Of a stretch of 64,000 nucleotides of DNA, positions 25,601 to 36,900 are shown one piece after another. Origin of the DNA: Macrostomum hystrix (Eukaryota > Animalia > Platyhelminthes); NCBI GenBank assembly GCA_950097015.1, contig CATNEN010000038.1, positions 31,806,001-31,870,000 on the forward strand, given 5' to 3'. The notes beneath the pieces are model-generated. The model was not told where the DNA came from. It did not search any database and saw only the letters and a program-made list of their open reading frames with translations. The position numbers were made by a program, and so were the translations under genes. How positions within the stretch are numbered: the first letter of the stretch is position 1; every line of letters begins with the position of its first letter.

Positions 25601-25746
25601 AAAAGTTGACGGACAGGTTCTGTTTGCATCTCACCGACGAAGAGGCCACTCAGCACATTGTGAAGGTCATTCAGGACAGCCTGTCAGCTTTTATGCCGCA
25701 ATTGATTGACACCCTGCACGACTGGACTCAGGCTATGAAGCGATGA
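19638..25746 (+). CDS. PIK3C3: Class III phosphatidylinositol 3-kinase Vps34, 6 coding exons, ~955-957 aa
   Basis: Exons 19638-20044, 20774 (or 20780)-21149, 21457-21894, 22655-23056, 24157-24813, 25153-25746; GT-AG and frame-consistent. C2 domain (WNEWL..LPRDA), helical domain (LVWKYRYYL, VRHYAVSRL, LLYLPQLVQALRYE), kinase domain ([46 protein letters not shown]). Confidence 0.95.
20060..20755. repeat. 21-bp minisatellite (GAATTCGGTATCATTTCTCTG)n, Vps34 intron 1
   Basis: Tandem array between donor 20045 and acceptor 20773. Confidence 0.95.
21177..21410. repeat. 22-bp minisatellite (TAGTCTCACCCTATCAAATATC)n, Vps34 intron 2
   Basis: About 10 near-perfect tandem copies. Confidence 0.95.
21950..22420. 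repeat. 30-bp minisatellite, Vps34 intron 3
   Basis: TGACCAAC(C/T)(C/T)ATGAC..TTTT.ACCTCC units in tandem. Confidence 0.88.
23180..24122. repeat. ~30-bp minisatellite (CAATGACCCAAGCCTCTATCAATTACCCCCT-like), Vps34 intron 4
   Basis: Tandem array grading into shorter AATGACCCAA variants. Confidence 0.92.
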
Positions 25747-25819
25747 GTGCGCTTGGTGCGAACGGATTTTTTTTAGGTTTTTGAAATCTTTGAAACTAAT
25801 AGATCGATTCGCGTTATTC

Positions 25820-26240
25820 GGGGATTCGGCAAGTTTCAGAGATTTCAGATTTAAGGGGATTTTGGAAGTTTCAGAGATTCGGGATTTTATAGAAATTGGA
25901 AAGTTTCAAAGGGTTTTCAAAGATTCGCTTTTTAGGGATTTGTGGTGTTTAAAACATTCATGATTTTAGTGGGTTTGGGAAGTTTCAGGGATTCTGGATT
26001 TGAGGGTATTTGGGAAGTTTTAGAGATTTGGGATTTTAGGGGATTTAGGAAGTTTCAGATATTCAGGATTTTAAGGATTTGTGGTGTTTAAAAGATTTGG
26101 GATTCTAGGGGATTTGGGAAGTTTCAGAGATTCGGGATTTTAGGAGATTTTAGAAGTTTTAAAGATTCGGGATTTTAGGAGATTTGGGAAGTTTTAAAGA
26201 TTCGGGATTTTAGGAGATTTGGGAAGTTTTAAAGATTCGT
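25820..26240. repeat. Degenerate ~31-bp repeat in the Vps34 3' region
   Basis: GGAAGTTT(C/T)A(G/A)AGATTCGGGATTTTAGG units upstream of AATAAA at 26448 and 26604. Confidence 0.8.
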
Positions 26241-26749
26241 GCTTTAAATGGTGGGTAAGTTTGTGATACTCGGTGCTTTCGGGAATTCGGAAATTTTAGA
26301 CTCGTTAGAATTCAGTAGGGCTTTGTGTATTCAGAACTACGCCAGGTTTTTTTATTAGTCTTTCTAGCTATGCATAACGAAGGCTGCCTATGAGTTATTA
26401 GTTGAACTACTTTTAGTAGTATCAAATTCTGTAATTAATATCGATTTAATAAATTCCTTGTTTATATCCAGTAAGCTTCTTTTAATGTGATTCTTGAGAT
26501 TTTGGTAATATTTTTTCCCAAGAAAACCACATATAATTGCCTTTTATTTTGATCCACTGTTTTGTTGTTAAAAATTAATATTTATATGCGTGCAACCGAA
26601 TTTAATAAAATTCTACTACAATTGCCTACCAAAGATACGATTTTCTACATGATTCCAAGAAGAATTGCGTGCGAAACGTGTTTTTAATGTAAGTCATAGA
26701 TTTAAAGGTTTGAGTAGGGAGCGGAGTAGATTTGAGTTGGGAGCGGACT

Positions 26750-28443
26750 TGAGCAGTGAGCAGTGAGTATTTGAGGAGAATCAGTGAGGATCTGAGAATG
26801 AGCAGTGAGGATCTGAGAATGAGCAGTGAGGATCTGAGAATGAGCAGTGAGGATCTGAGAATGAGCAGTGAGGATCTGAGAATGAGCAGTGAGGATCTGA
26901 GTGAGTGGTGAGGATCTGAGTGAGTGGTGAGGATCTGAGTGAGTGGTGAGGATCTGAGTGAGTGGTGAGGATCTGAGTGAGTGGTGAGGATCTGAGAATG
27001 AGCAGTGAGGATCTGAGAATGAGCAGTGAGGATCTGAGTGAGTGGTGAGGATCTGAGTGAGCATTGAGGATCTGAGTGAGTGGTGAGGATCTGAGTGAGT
27101 GGTGAGGATCTGAGTGAGTGGTGAGGATCTGACTGAGTGGTGAGGACCTGAGTGAGTGGTGAGGATCTGAGTGAGTGGTGAGGATCTGAGTGAGTGGTGA
27201 GGACCTGAGTGAGTGGTGAGGATCTGAGTGAGCATTGAGGATCTGAGTGAGTGGTGAGGATCTGAGTGAGTGGTGAGGATCTGAGTGAGTGGTGAGGATC
27301 TGAGTGAGTGGTGAGGATCTGACTGAGTGGTGAGGACCTGAGTGAGTGGTGAGGATCTGAGTGAGTGGTGAGGATCTGAGTGAGTGGTGAGGACCTGAGT
27401 GAGTGGTGAGGATCTGAGTGAGCATTGAGGATCTGAGTGAGTGGTGAGGATCTGAGTGAGTGGTGAGGACCTGAGTAAGTAGTGAGGATCTGAGTGAGCA
27501 GTGAGGATCTGAGTGAGTGGTGAGGATCTGAGTGAGTGGTGAGGATCTGAGAATGAGCAGTGAGGATCTGAGAATGAGCAGTGAGGATCTGAGTGAGTGG
27601 TGAGGATCTGAGTGAGCATTGAGGATCTTAGTGAGTGGTGAGGATCTGAGTGAGTGGTGAGGATCTGAGTGAGTGGTGAGGATCTGAGTGAGTGGTGAGG
27701 ACCTGAGTGAGTGGTGAGGATCTGAGTGAGTGGTGAGGATCTGAGTGAGTGGTGAGGGCCTGAGTGAGTGGTGAGGATCTGAGTGAGTGGTGAGGATCTG
27801 AGTGAGTGGTGAGGACCTGAGTGAGTGGTGAGGATCTGAGTGAGCATTGAGGATCTGAGTGAGTGGTGAGGACCTGAGTGAGTGGTGAGGATCTGAGTGA
27901 GTGGTGAGGATCTGAGTGAGTGGTGAGGATCTGAGTGAGCATTGAGGATCTTAGTGAGTGGTGAGGATCTGAGTGAGTGGTGAGGATCTGAGTGAGTGGT
28001 GAGGATCTGAGTGAGTGGTGAGGATCTGAGTGAGCAGTGAGGATCTGAGTGAGCAGTGAGGATCTGAGTGAGCAGTGAGGATCTGAGTGAGCAGTGAGGA
28101 TCTGAGTGAGCAGTGAGGATCTGAGTGAGCAGTGAGGATCTGAGTAAGTAGTGAGCATCTGAGTAAGTAGTGAGGATCTGAGTGAGCAGTGAGGATCTGA
28201 GTAAGTAGTGAGGATCTGAGTGAGCAGTGAGGATCTGAGTGAGCAGTGAGGATCTGAGTGAGCAGTGAGGATCTGAGTGAGCAGTGAGGATCTGAGTGAG
28301 CAGTGAGGATCTGAGTAAGTAGTGAGGATCTGAGTGAGCAGTGAGGATCTGAGTGAGCAGTGAGGATCTGAGTGAGCAGTGAGGATCTGAGTGAGCAGTG
28401 AGGATCTGAGTAAGTAGTGAGGATCTGAGTGTTCAGTGAGGAT
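26750..28443. repeat. 19/21-bp minisatellite (TGAGGATCTGAGTGAGTGG)n upstream of the MRPL13 exon
   Basis: Tandem array lying between a GTAAGT donor-like site (26689) and the CGCAG acceptor (28469). Confidence 0.96.
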
Positions 28444-28469
28444 CATAACTGCCCAATCCATATCCGCAG

Positions 28470-29066
28470 CCGCCGCCGCCTCATCCGCATTGGAAGGCCC
28501 TCCAGTGGGCCACATTCGCCAGGCAGTACTGGCTGTACGACTGTTTTAAACAGTGCCCGATGCTCTCTGCTGAACGAATTTCTCGCTACCTTCGCGGCCT
28601 TCACAAACCAATCTATGGCCCGGACCTAACAGAAGTTGGGGACTTTGTTGTTGTTATCAACACTCGGCACATTGCTGCCAAAGATAATAGTCGCTATTGG
28701 GAGCGATTTCTGTACACGCAGAATACCAGATTCCCGGTGTTTCGCCGCGAGGAAACAATGATGGAGATGCACAGTCGCGATCCCACTCTGGTTATGAAAT
28801 CCGAGATTCGTGCCACAATGCCCAGCAAAATCAGAGAGCGGGCAGTCGCTTTAACTAGAGCTTTTCTGCATCCGGACGGCTTAGAAACGGTTGACAAGGC
28901 GTTGCTAAGCAACCTGACTGGCGTTATCGAACAGGTGATGCCGGTGACTCGCCGATTGGACGAATATTCTAGCCAGGAGTTGGGCGAAGTGCCCAGACTG
29001 TTCGACCTGCCGGAGAATCACATTCTAGATCGAAGGCAACTGGGCGAGAGACCCAAGAGTTCTTAG
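28470..29066 (+). CDS. MRPL13: Mitochondrial ribosomal protein L13 (uL13m); start codon not found in this exon
   Basis: Frame from 28470 reads PPPPHPHWKALQWATFARQYWLYDC..YLRGLHKPIY..GDFVVVINTRHIA..RRLDEYS..EVPRLF, the metazoan MRPL13 pattern. The conserved WATFAR lies upstream of the first ATG (28560); in-frame TAA at 28446. Confidence 0.92.
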   Translation, partial: PPPPHPHWKALQWATFARQYWLYDCFKQCPMLSAERISRYLRGLHKPIYGPDLTEVGDFVVVINTRHIAAKDNSRYWERFLYTQNTRFPVFRREETMMEMHSRDPTLVMKSEIRATMPSKIRERAVALTRAFLHPDGLETVDKALLSNLTGVIEQVMPVTRRLDEYSSQELGEVPRLFDLPENHILDRRQLGERPKSS

Positions 29067-29399
29067 GCATTAACACTAGAATGAGCACGGGGATAGCCGC
29101 TGTGGTCAGTTGATAATTATAAAACGGGATTAAAAGGGCCAATTTAAGGCTTATCAAGCTTGAGTGGTATTATGAATGCCTAAAAAATATTTATTTCTTA
29201 TTTTGTCTGTTATAATTATATTATTTCATGTTCTAAGTTCAGTCCAGCTTACTTCAAATGTCAACTAAATGCTTAATAAATTCGATACATAAAAATAATG
29301 TCATTTAAAACTGGTTTTTTAATATAAAAATTAATTTAGCGTTGTTTCTAGCTTATCGGTTTTTTACTACTGTTGTTTAAGCCTGCAAGAAAAAAATCC

Positions 29400-29830
29400 A
29401 TCAGATAGATAGTGGATTATCAGATAGATAGTGAATTATCAGCTGGATCATCGATTATCAGATAGATAGTGGATTATCAGCTGGATCATCGATTATCAGA
29501 TAGATAGTGGGTTATCAGCTGGATCATCGATTATCAGATAGATAGTGGGTAATCAGCTAGATCATCGATTATAAGATAGATAGTGGATTATCAGCTGGAT
29601 CATCGATTATCAGATAGATAGTGGGTAATCAGCTGGATCATCGATTATAAGATAGATAGTGGATAATCAGCTAGATGATCGATTATCAGATAGATAGTGG
29701 ATTATCAGCTGGATCATCGATTATCAGATAGATAGTGGATTATTAGCTGGATCATCGAATATCGGATAGCTGGGATTATCGGATAGATAGGGATTATCGG
29801 ATAGATGGGGATTATCAAATAGATAGTGGA
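29400..29830. repeat. ~38-bp minisatellite (CAGATAGATAGTGGATTATCAGCTGGATCATCGATTAT)n
   Basis: Tandem dimer-like units. Confidence 0.9.
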
Positions 29831-30337
29831 CTATAGGATTATCTGGAAAACGTTTGACTATTGAATAGATGTTGCATGATCAGTTAGATGGTGGATTATA
29901 TGATAGATAGGGATTATCAAGCACATGATGGATTATCAGGCTAAATCGCGTTATCTGTCTAGTCTTAAACGACACAAATAAATCAGTAGACAATATAGAC
30001 TAAGCCTAGCCTGATGGCACCATAACAGGCTTGTTAGTCCCTACTGCAAACCAATAAAGCTTTATCATTGTCAATCGGGATTAGCACGCCCCATGCGATT
30101 GGGCCATACACCCACGCGCCGAGAGCGCAATTGGAATTTGGTGAGTCAACAAATTCTCAGTTCGATTTAGGCACGCATCAGGCGCGCTTCAAATGCTTGA
30201 ATTATGCTCAGCAGCTGACTCACTTACACACCGATACGGCTCAAACTACTGCCGACAGACATTGTCCAGATTGATAAGTTGGACTTTGGATTCGTGGGCA
30301 CCAGCTGAGCTCATGCTGTTTGCCATTTTATTGGCCC

Positions 30338-30428
30338 TATAAATTGGAATTATAACAAGCGGTTTGTGACTCTTCTTTAATTGAGTTCAGAGGGAATTCT
30401 GTTTAACGATCATAATCGCTAAATCAAG
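30338..30428 (+). promoter_or_regulatory. Putative TATA box and non-coding first exon of the secreted repeat-protein gene
   Basis: TATAAA at 30338; strong donor CAAG|GTGAGT at 30429; intron with a CT-rich repeat; acceptor TCGCAG ending 30931, 12 nt before the ATG at 30944. Confidence 0.55.
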
Positions 30429-30449
30429 GTGAGTTCATCTTTATACTTG

Positions 30450-30772
30450 TTCTTTCCCCTCTCCCCACTATGCTCCCTTCTCTCCCCTCTCCGCTCCCTC
30501 ATCTCCCCTCTCCTCTTCCTCATCTCACCTCTCCTCTCCCTCTTCTCCTTTCTCCGCCTACTCATCTCCCCTCTCCTCTCCCTCATCTCCCCTCTCCGCC
30601 CACTAATCTCCCCTCTCCTCTCCCTCATCTCCCCTCTCTGCTCCCTCATCTCCCCTCTCCGCCCACTAATCTCTCCGCTTCTCTCCCTCATCTCCCCTCT
30701 CCTCTCCCTCATCTCCCCTCTCTGCTCCCTCATCTTCACTCTCCGCTCCCTTCTCTCCCCTCTCCGTTTCCT
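30450..30772. repeat. CT-rich ~21-bp repeat in intron 1 of the repeat-protein gene
   Basis: CTCATCTCCCCTCTCCTCTCC-type units. Confidence 0.9.
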
Positions 30773-30943
30773 TGTCTAGCATTTTATAGTTTGTCATTCC
30801 TAGATGACAAAGACAGAGACAGATGTAGACAGAGAAACGCTTTGAGTAATTAAACGCTATTTAAACACTTCGTTTTTACCATTCTACTGTTCTCAGTAGT
30901 TGAATAGCATATTTAAATTTCATTATCGCAGTGCCACAGAAAC

Positions 30944-33900
30944 ATGAAGCTGCTGTGGGTGCTGCTCGCCCTAGCCGCCGTGGCCGCACCGCTGGCGTTC
31001 ACCGAGACCAATGCCGAGGAGGTCGAAGTGTCAGACTGGCGCGAGAAGGCCATCGAGCTGCTGCAGAAGTCCATCGCCCGTCTGGAGGACGCCATCGCCA
31101 AGCTGCCGGAGGACTCCAGGCTGCTGCCGCAGCTGAAGAAGACTCTGGAGTACCTGCGCAAGAAGCTCACCGACCTGCAGGACGCCGCTGTCGGCTTCAG
31201 CGATGTCAACCGCCTCGGCTTCCTGCAGAGGATCCTCGACCGTCTCGAGGAGGCTCTGGAGAAGCTGCCCGAGGGACCCCTGAGGGACCGCCTGCAGAAG
31301 ACCGTCGACAGGATCCGCGAGGTGAGCTCTAGACATAGTTAAATACTGCACTAGCAGCCACACCAAAGCGAGTCCATTGTTATGAAACAGACTTTCCAGG
31401 AAATAGCTTATTTAAGCGGAACTCGTTGGTATTTAAAACTCCCTTGACAAACAGAGCATCACAACTCGTTTCACCTGATCTACAAATGACCCCGATGTCC
31501 GGGGGGGGCGGTGATTGGCAGAGCAGTCTAGCGCATTTTCCTCTCCCACCATGGGCCCTGAGCTCGATTCCGCGGCGAAGGCTCATCAAGTTTAAATTCA
31601 TTCTATTTACGCCCTTGTGAGCCAACCTTCGAAGCAACATTGAGAGTGTACACTGCCTGACAATGAGAGAGTCGGGGCAGATGTACACTGCCTGACAATG
31701 AGAGAGTCGGGGCAGATGTACACTGCCTGACAATGAGAGAGTCGGGGCAGATGTACACTGCCTGACAATGAGAGAGTCGGGGCAGATGTACACTGCCTGA
31801 CAATGAGAGAGTCGGGGCAGATGTACACTGCCTGACAATGAGAGAGTCGGGGCAGATGTACACTGCCTGACAATGAGAGAGTCGGGGCAGATGTACACTG
31901 CCTGACAATGAGAGAGTCGGGGCAGATGTACACTGCCTGACAATGAGAGAGTCGGGGCAGATGTACACGCCTGTGTGAGTGCTCAGGACTCACCGGAATG
32001 CACAGAATTGCCTCCTCGCTGGCTACGGGTCTAATTTCAGCAAGTAATGTGCTGTTGCCTGCAGCCCACCTGCAATTATTATTCCCACCCCGAACTTCCA
32101 CCGCAAGCTACTGAACTCCCTGCGCCCCGACGACGCCATCGTGGTGACCAACAAGATCCGCGAGCTGCTGGACCGCATCCGCCGCCTCATCGAGCAGCAC
32201 AAGCAGGTCGGCAAGGAGGCCCTGCTGAAGTTCCTGAACTCCGAGCTGCTGGAGAGTCTCGTCAGCAAGCTGCCTGAGCCCATCCAGACCGAGGTTCGCG
32301 CCCGCATCGCCGCCCTGAAGGAGCGCCTCGAGAGCGGCGCCGAGGCCGTGTCCGACTGGCGCGAGAAGGCCATCGAGCTGTTGCAGAAGTCCATCGCCCG
32401 TCTGGAGGACGCCATCGCCAAGCTGCCGGAGGACTCCAGGCTGCTGCCGCAGCTGAAGAAAACTCTGGAGTACCTGCGCAAGAAGCTCACCGACCTGCAG
32501 GACGCCGCCTTCAGCTTCGACGAGGCCGACCGCGCTGGACTCCTCCAGGGCATCCTCGACCGTCTTGAGAAGGCTCTGGAGAAGCTGCCCGAGGGACCCC
32601 TGAGGGACCGTCTACAGAAGACCGTCGACAGGATCCGCGAGGTGAGCAGCTGTGGTGGACTCGTTCTGTCCACTAAACCTGAAACTGTCACCTAGCCAGA
32701 TGTTCTGTCTGCGGGTAGAGCGGCCGCATCAGACACCCAAATGTCAACCCAAGCTTCTGCTGACACACAATTAACAGCTAAACGATCTTTAGCACTAGTG
32801 AATTAAGCTGTTGTCCTTGGAACCACGGCGCATGTACCACCCATCAAGCAGATGGTTGTTGAAACTGTTGTCATTGGAATCACGGCGCATGAACCACCCA
32901 TCAAGCAGATGGTTGTTGAAGCTGTTGTCCTTGGAATCACGGCGCATGAACCACCCATCAAGCAGATGGTTGTTGAAGCTGTTGTCCTTGGAATCACGGC
33001 GCATGAACCACCCATCAAGCAGATGGTTGTTGAAATTGTTGTCCTTGGAACCACGGTGCATGAACCACCCATCAAGCAGATGGTTGTTGAAATTGTTGTC
33101 CTTGGAACCACGGCGCATGTACCACCCATCAAGCAGATGGTTGTTGAAATTGTTGTCCTTGGAACCACGGCGCATGTACCACCCATCAAGCAGATGGTTG
33201 TTGAAATTGTCGTCCTTGGAACCACGGCAAGAGAATCTACTGCTTTTGCTTCATCAGGTGTCTTTTTCTTGCAGCTCAAAAAGTTCATGTCGGTTTTAAT
33301 CCGATTTCAGACCCTCTTGTAGTTCACAAAAGATATACTTTGACAACTGGAGATTGACTGGCAGGGTCTGAGTACTAAGGCGCCAGCTCATGTCTGTCGA
33401 CACCAATCGATCGGCGGGAGTTGCCGTTCTCTCAGAAATTCTAGTATTCCTCACATTCTTTGAGCAACTTTTAAAACGCATTCAGAGAAGCTCTGAAATT
33501 ATGAATGCATCCATCAACCATCAGCCAGACACCTTCAACACAATCTATCACCAACCCCGATCTTCCACCGCCAGCTACTGAACTCCCTACGCCCCGACGA
33601 CGCCATCGTGGTGACCAACAAGATCCGCGAGCTGCTGGACCGGATCCGCCGCCTCATCGAGCAGCACAAGCAGGTCGGCAAGGAGGCCCTGCTGAAGTTC
33701 CTGAACTCCGAGCTGCTGGAGAGTCTCGTCAGCAAGCTGCCTGAGCCCATCCAGACCGAGGTTCGCGCCCGCATCGCCGCCCTGAAGGAGCGCCTCGAGA
33801 GCGGCGCCGAGGCCGTGTCCGACTGGCGCGAGAAGGCCATCGAGCTGCTGCAGAAGTCCATCGCCCGTCTGGAGGACGCCATCGCCAAGCTGCCGGAGGA

Positions 33901-36900
33901 CTCCAGGCTGCTGCCGCAGCTGAAGAAGACTCTGGAGTACCTGCGCAAGAAGCTCACCGACCTGCAGGACGCCGCCTTCAGCTTCGACGAGGCCGACCGC
34001 GCTGGACTCCTCCAGGGCATCCTCGACCGTCTTGAGAAGGCTCTGGAGAAGCTGCCCGAGGGACCCCTGAGGGACCGTCTGCAGAAGACCGTCGACAGGA
34101 TCCGCGAGGTGAGCAGCTGTGGTGGACTCGTTCTGTCCACTAAACCTGAAACTGTCACCTAGCCCAGTTGTGCCAGATGTTCTGTCTGCGGGTAGAGCGG
34201 CCGCATCAGACACCCAAATGTCAACCCAAGCTTCTGCTGACACACAATTAACAGCTAAACGATCTTTAGCACTAGTGAATTTAGTTGTTGTCCTTGGAAC
34301 CACGGCGCATGAACCACCCATCAAGCAGATGGTTGTTGAAGCTGTTGTCCTTGGAACCACGCGCATGAACCACCCATCAAGCAGATGGTTGTTGAAACTG
34401 TTGTCCTTGGAACCACGGCGCGTGAACCACCCATCAAGCAGATGGTTGTTGAAGCTGTTGTCCTTGGAACCACGGCGCATGAACCACCCATCAAGCAGAT
34501 GGTTGTTGAAACTGTTGTCCTTGGAACCACGGCGCGTGAACCACCCATCAAGCAGATGGTTGTTGACGTTGTTGTCCTTGGAACCACGGTGCATGTACCA
34601 CCCATCAAGCAGATGGTTGTTGAAGATGTCCTTGGAACCACGGCGCATGAACCACCCATCAAGCAGATGGTTGTTGAAATTGTTGTCCTTGGAACCACGC
34701 GCATGAACCACCCATCAAGCAGATATGCTTGTTGAAATTGTTGTCCTTGGAACCACGGCGCATGAACCACCCATCAAGCAGATGGTTGTTGAAGCTGTTG
34801 TCCTTGGAACCACGGCGCATGAACCACCCATCAAGCAGATGGTTGTTGAAATTGTTGTCATTGGAACCACGCGCATGAACCACCCATCAAGCAGATGGTT
34901 GTTGAAGTTGTTGTCCTTGGAACCACGGCGCATGAACCACCCATCAAGCAGATGGTTGTTGAAATTGTTGTCCTTGGAACCACGGCGCATGAACCACCCA
35001 TCAAGCAGATGGTTGTTGAAATTGTTGTCATTGGAACCACGCGCATGAACCACCCATCAAGCAGATGGTTGTTGAAGTTGTTGTCCTTGGAACCACGGCA
35101 AGAGAATCTACTGCTTTTGCTTCATCAGGTGTCTTTTTCTTGTAGCTCAAAAAGTTCATGTCGGTTTTAAACCGATGTCAGATCTACTTGTAGTTCACAA
35201 AAGATATACTTTGACAACTGGAGATTGACTGGCAGGGACTGAGTACTAAGGCGCCAGCTCATGTCTGTCGACACCAATCGATCGGCTGGAGTTGCCGTTC
35301 TCTCAGAAATTCTAGTATTCCTCACATTCTTTGAGCAACTTTTAAAACGCATTCAGAGAAGCTCTGAAATTATGAATGCATCCATCAACCATCAGCCAGA
35401 CACCTTCAACACAATCTATCACCAACCCCGATCTTCCACCGCCAGCTACTGAACTCCCTGCGCCCCGACGACGCCATCGTGGTGACCAACAAGATCCGCG
35501 AGCTGCTGGACCGCATCCGCCGCCTCATCGAGCAGCACAAGCAGGTCGGCAAGGAGGCCCTGCTGAAGTTCCTGAACTCCGAGCTGCTGGAGAGTCTCGT
35601 CAGCAAGCTGCCTGAGCCCATCCAGACCGAGGTTCGCGCCCGCATCGCCGCCCTGAAGGAGCGCCTCGAGAGCGGCGCCGAGGCCGTGTCCGACTGGCGC
35701 GAGAAGGCCATCGAGCTGCTGCAGAAGTCCATCGCCCGTCTGGAGGACGCCATCGCCAAGCTGCCGGAGGACTCCAGGCTGCTGCCGCAGCTGAAGAAAA
35801 CTCTGGAGTACCTGCGTAAGAAGCTCACCGACCTGCAGGACGCCGCCTTCAGCTTCGACGAGGCCGACCGCGCTGGACTCCTCCAGGGCATCCTCGACCG
35901 TCTTGAGAAGGCTCTGGAGAAGCTGCCCGAGGGACCCCTGAGGGACCGTCTGCAGAAGACCGTCGACAGGATCCGCGAGGTGAGCAGCTGTGGTGGACTC
36001 GTTCTGTCCACTAAACCTGAAACTGTCACCTAGCCCAGTTGTGCCAGATGTTCTGTCTGCGGGTAGAGCGGCCGCATCAGACACCCAAATGTCAACCCAA
36101 GCTTCTGCTGACACACAATTAACAGCTAAACGATCTTTAGCACTAGTGAATTTAGTTGTTGTCCTTGGAACCACGGCGCATGAACCACCCATCAAGCAGA
36201 TGGTTATTGAAGCTGTTGTCCTTGGAACCACGCGCATGAACCACCCATCAAGCAGATGGTTGTTGAAGTTGTTGTCATTGGAACCACGGCGCATGAACCA
36301 CCCATCAAGCAGATGGTTGTTGAAGCTGTTGTCCTTGGAACCACGGCGCATGAACCACCCATCAAGCAGATGGTTGTTGAAGCTGTTGTCATTGGAACCA
36401 CGCGCATGAACCACCCATCAAGCAGATGGTTGTTGAAGCTGTTGTCCTTGGAATCACGGCGCATGAACCACCCATCAAGCAGATGGTTGTTGAAATTGTT
36501 GTCCTTGGAACCACGGCGCATGAATCACCCATCAAGCAGATGGTTGTTGAAATTGTTGTCCTTGGAACCACGGCGCATGAATCACCCATCAAGCAGATGG
36601 TTGTTGAAGTTGTTGTCCTTGGAACCACGGCGCATGAACCACCCATCAAGCAGATGTTTGTTGAAGTTGTTGTCATTGGAACCACGGCGCATGAACCACC
36701 CATCAAGCAGATGGTTGTTGAAGTTGTTGTCCTTGGAACCACGGCAAGAGAATCTACTGCTTTTGCTTCATCAGGTGTCTTTTTCTTGTAGCTCAAAAAG
36801 TTCATGTCGGTTTTAAACCGATGTCAGATCTACTTGTAGTTCACAAAAGATATACTTTGACAACTGGAGATTGACTGGCAGGGACTGAGTACTAAGGCGC

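Noticed and set aside
26702-28515. Minus-strand ORFs of LTTHSDPH repeats
   Set aside because: Translation of the 19/21-bp satellite.
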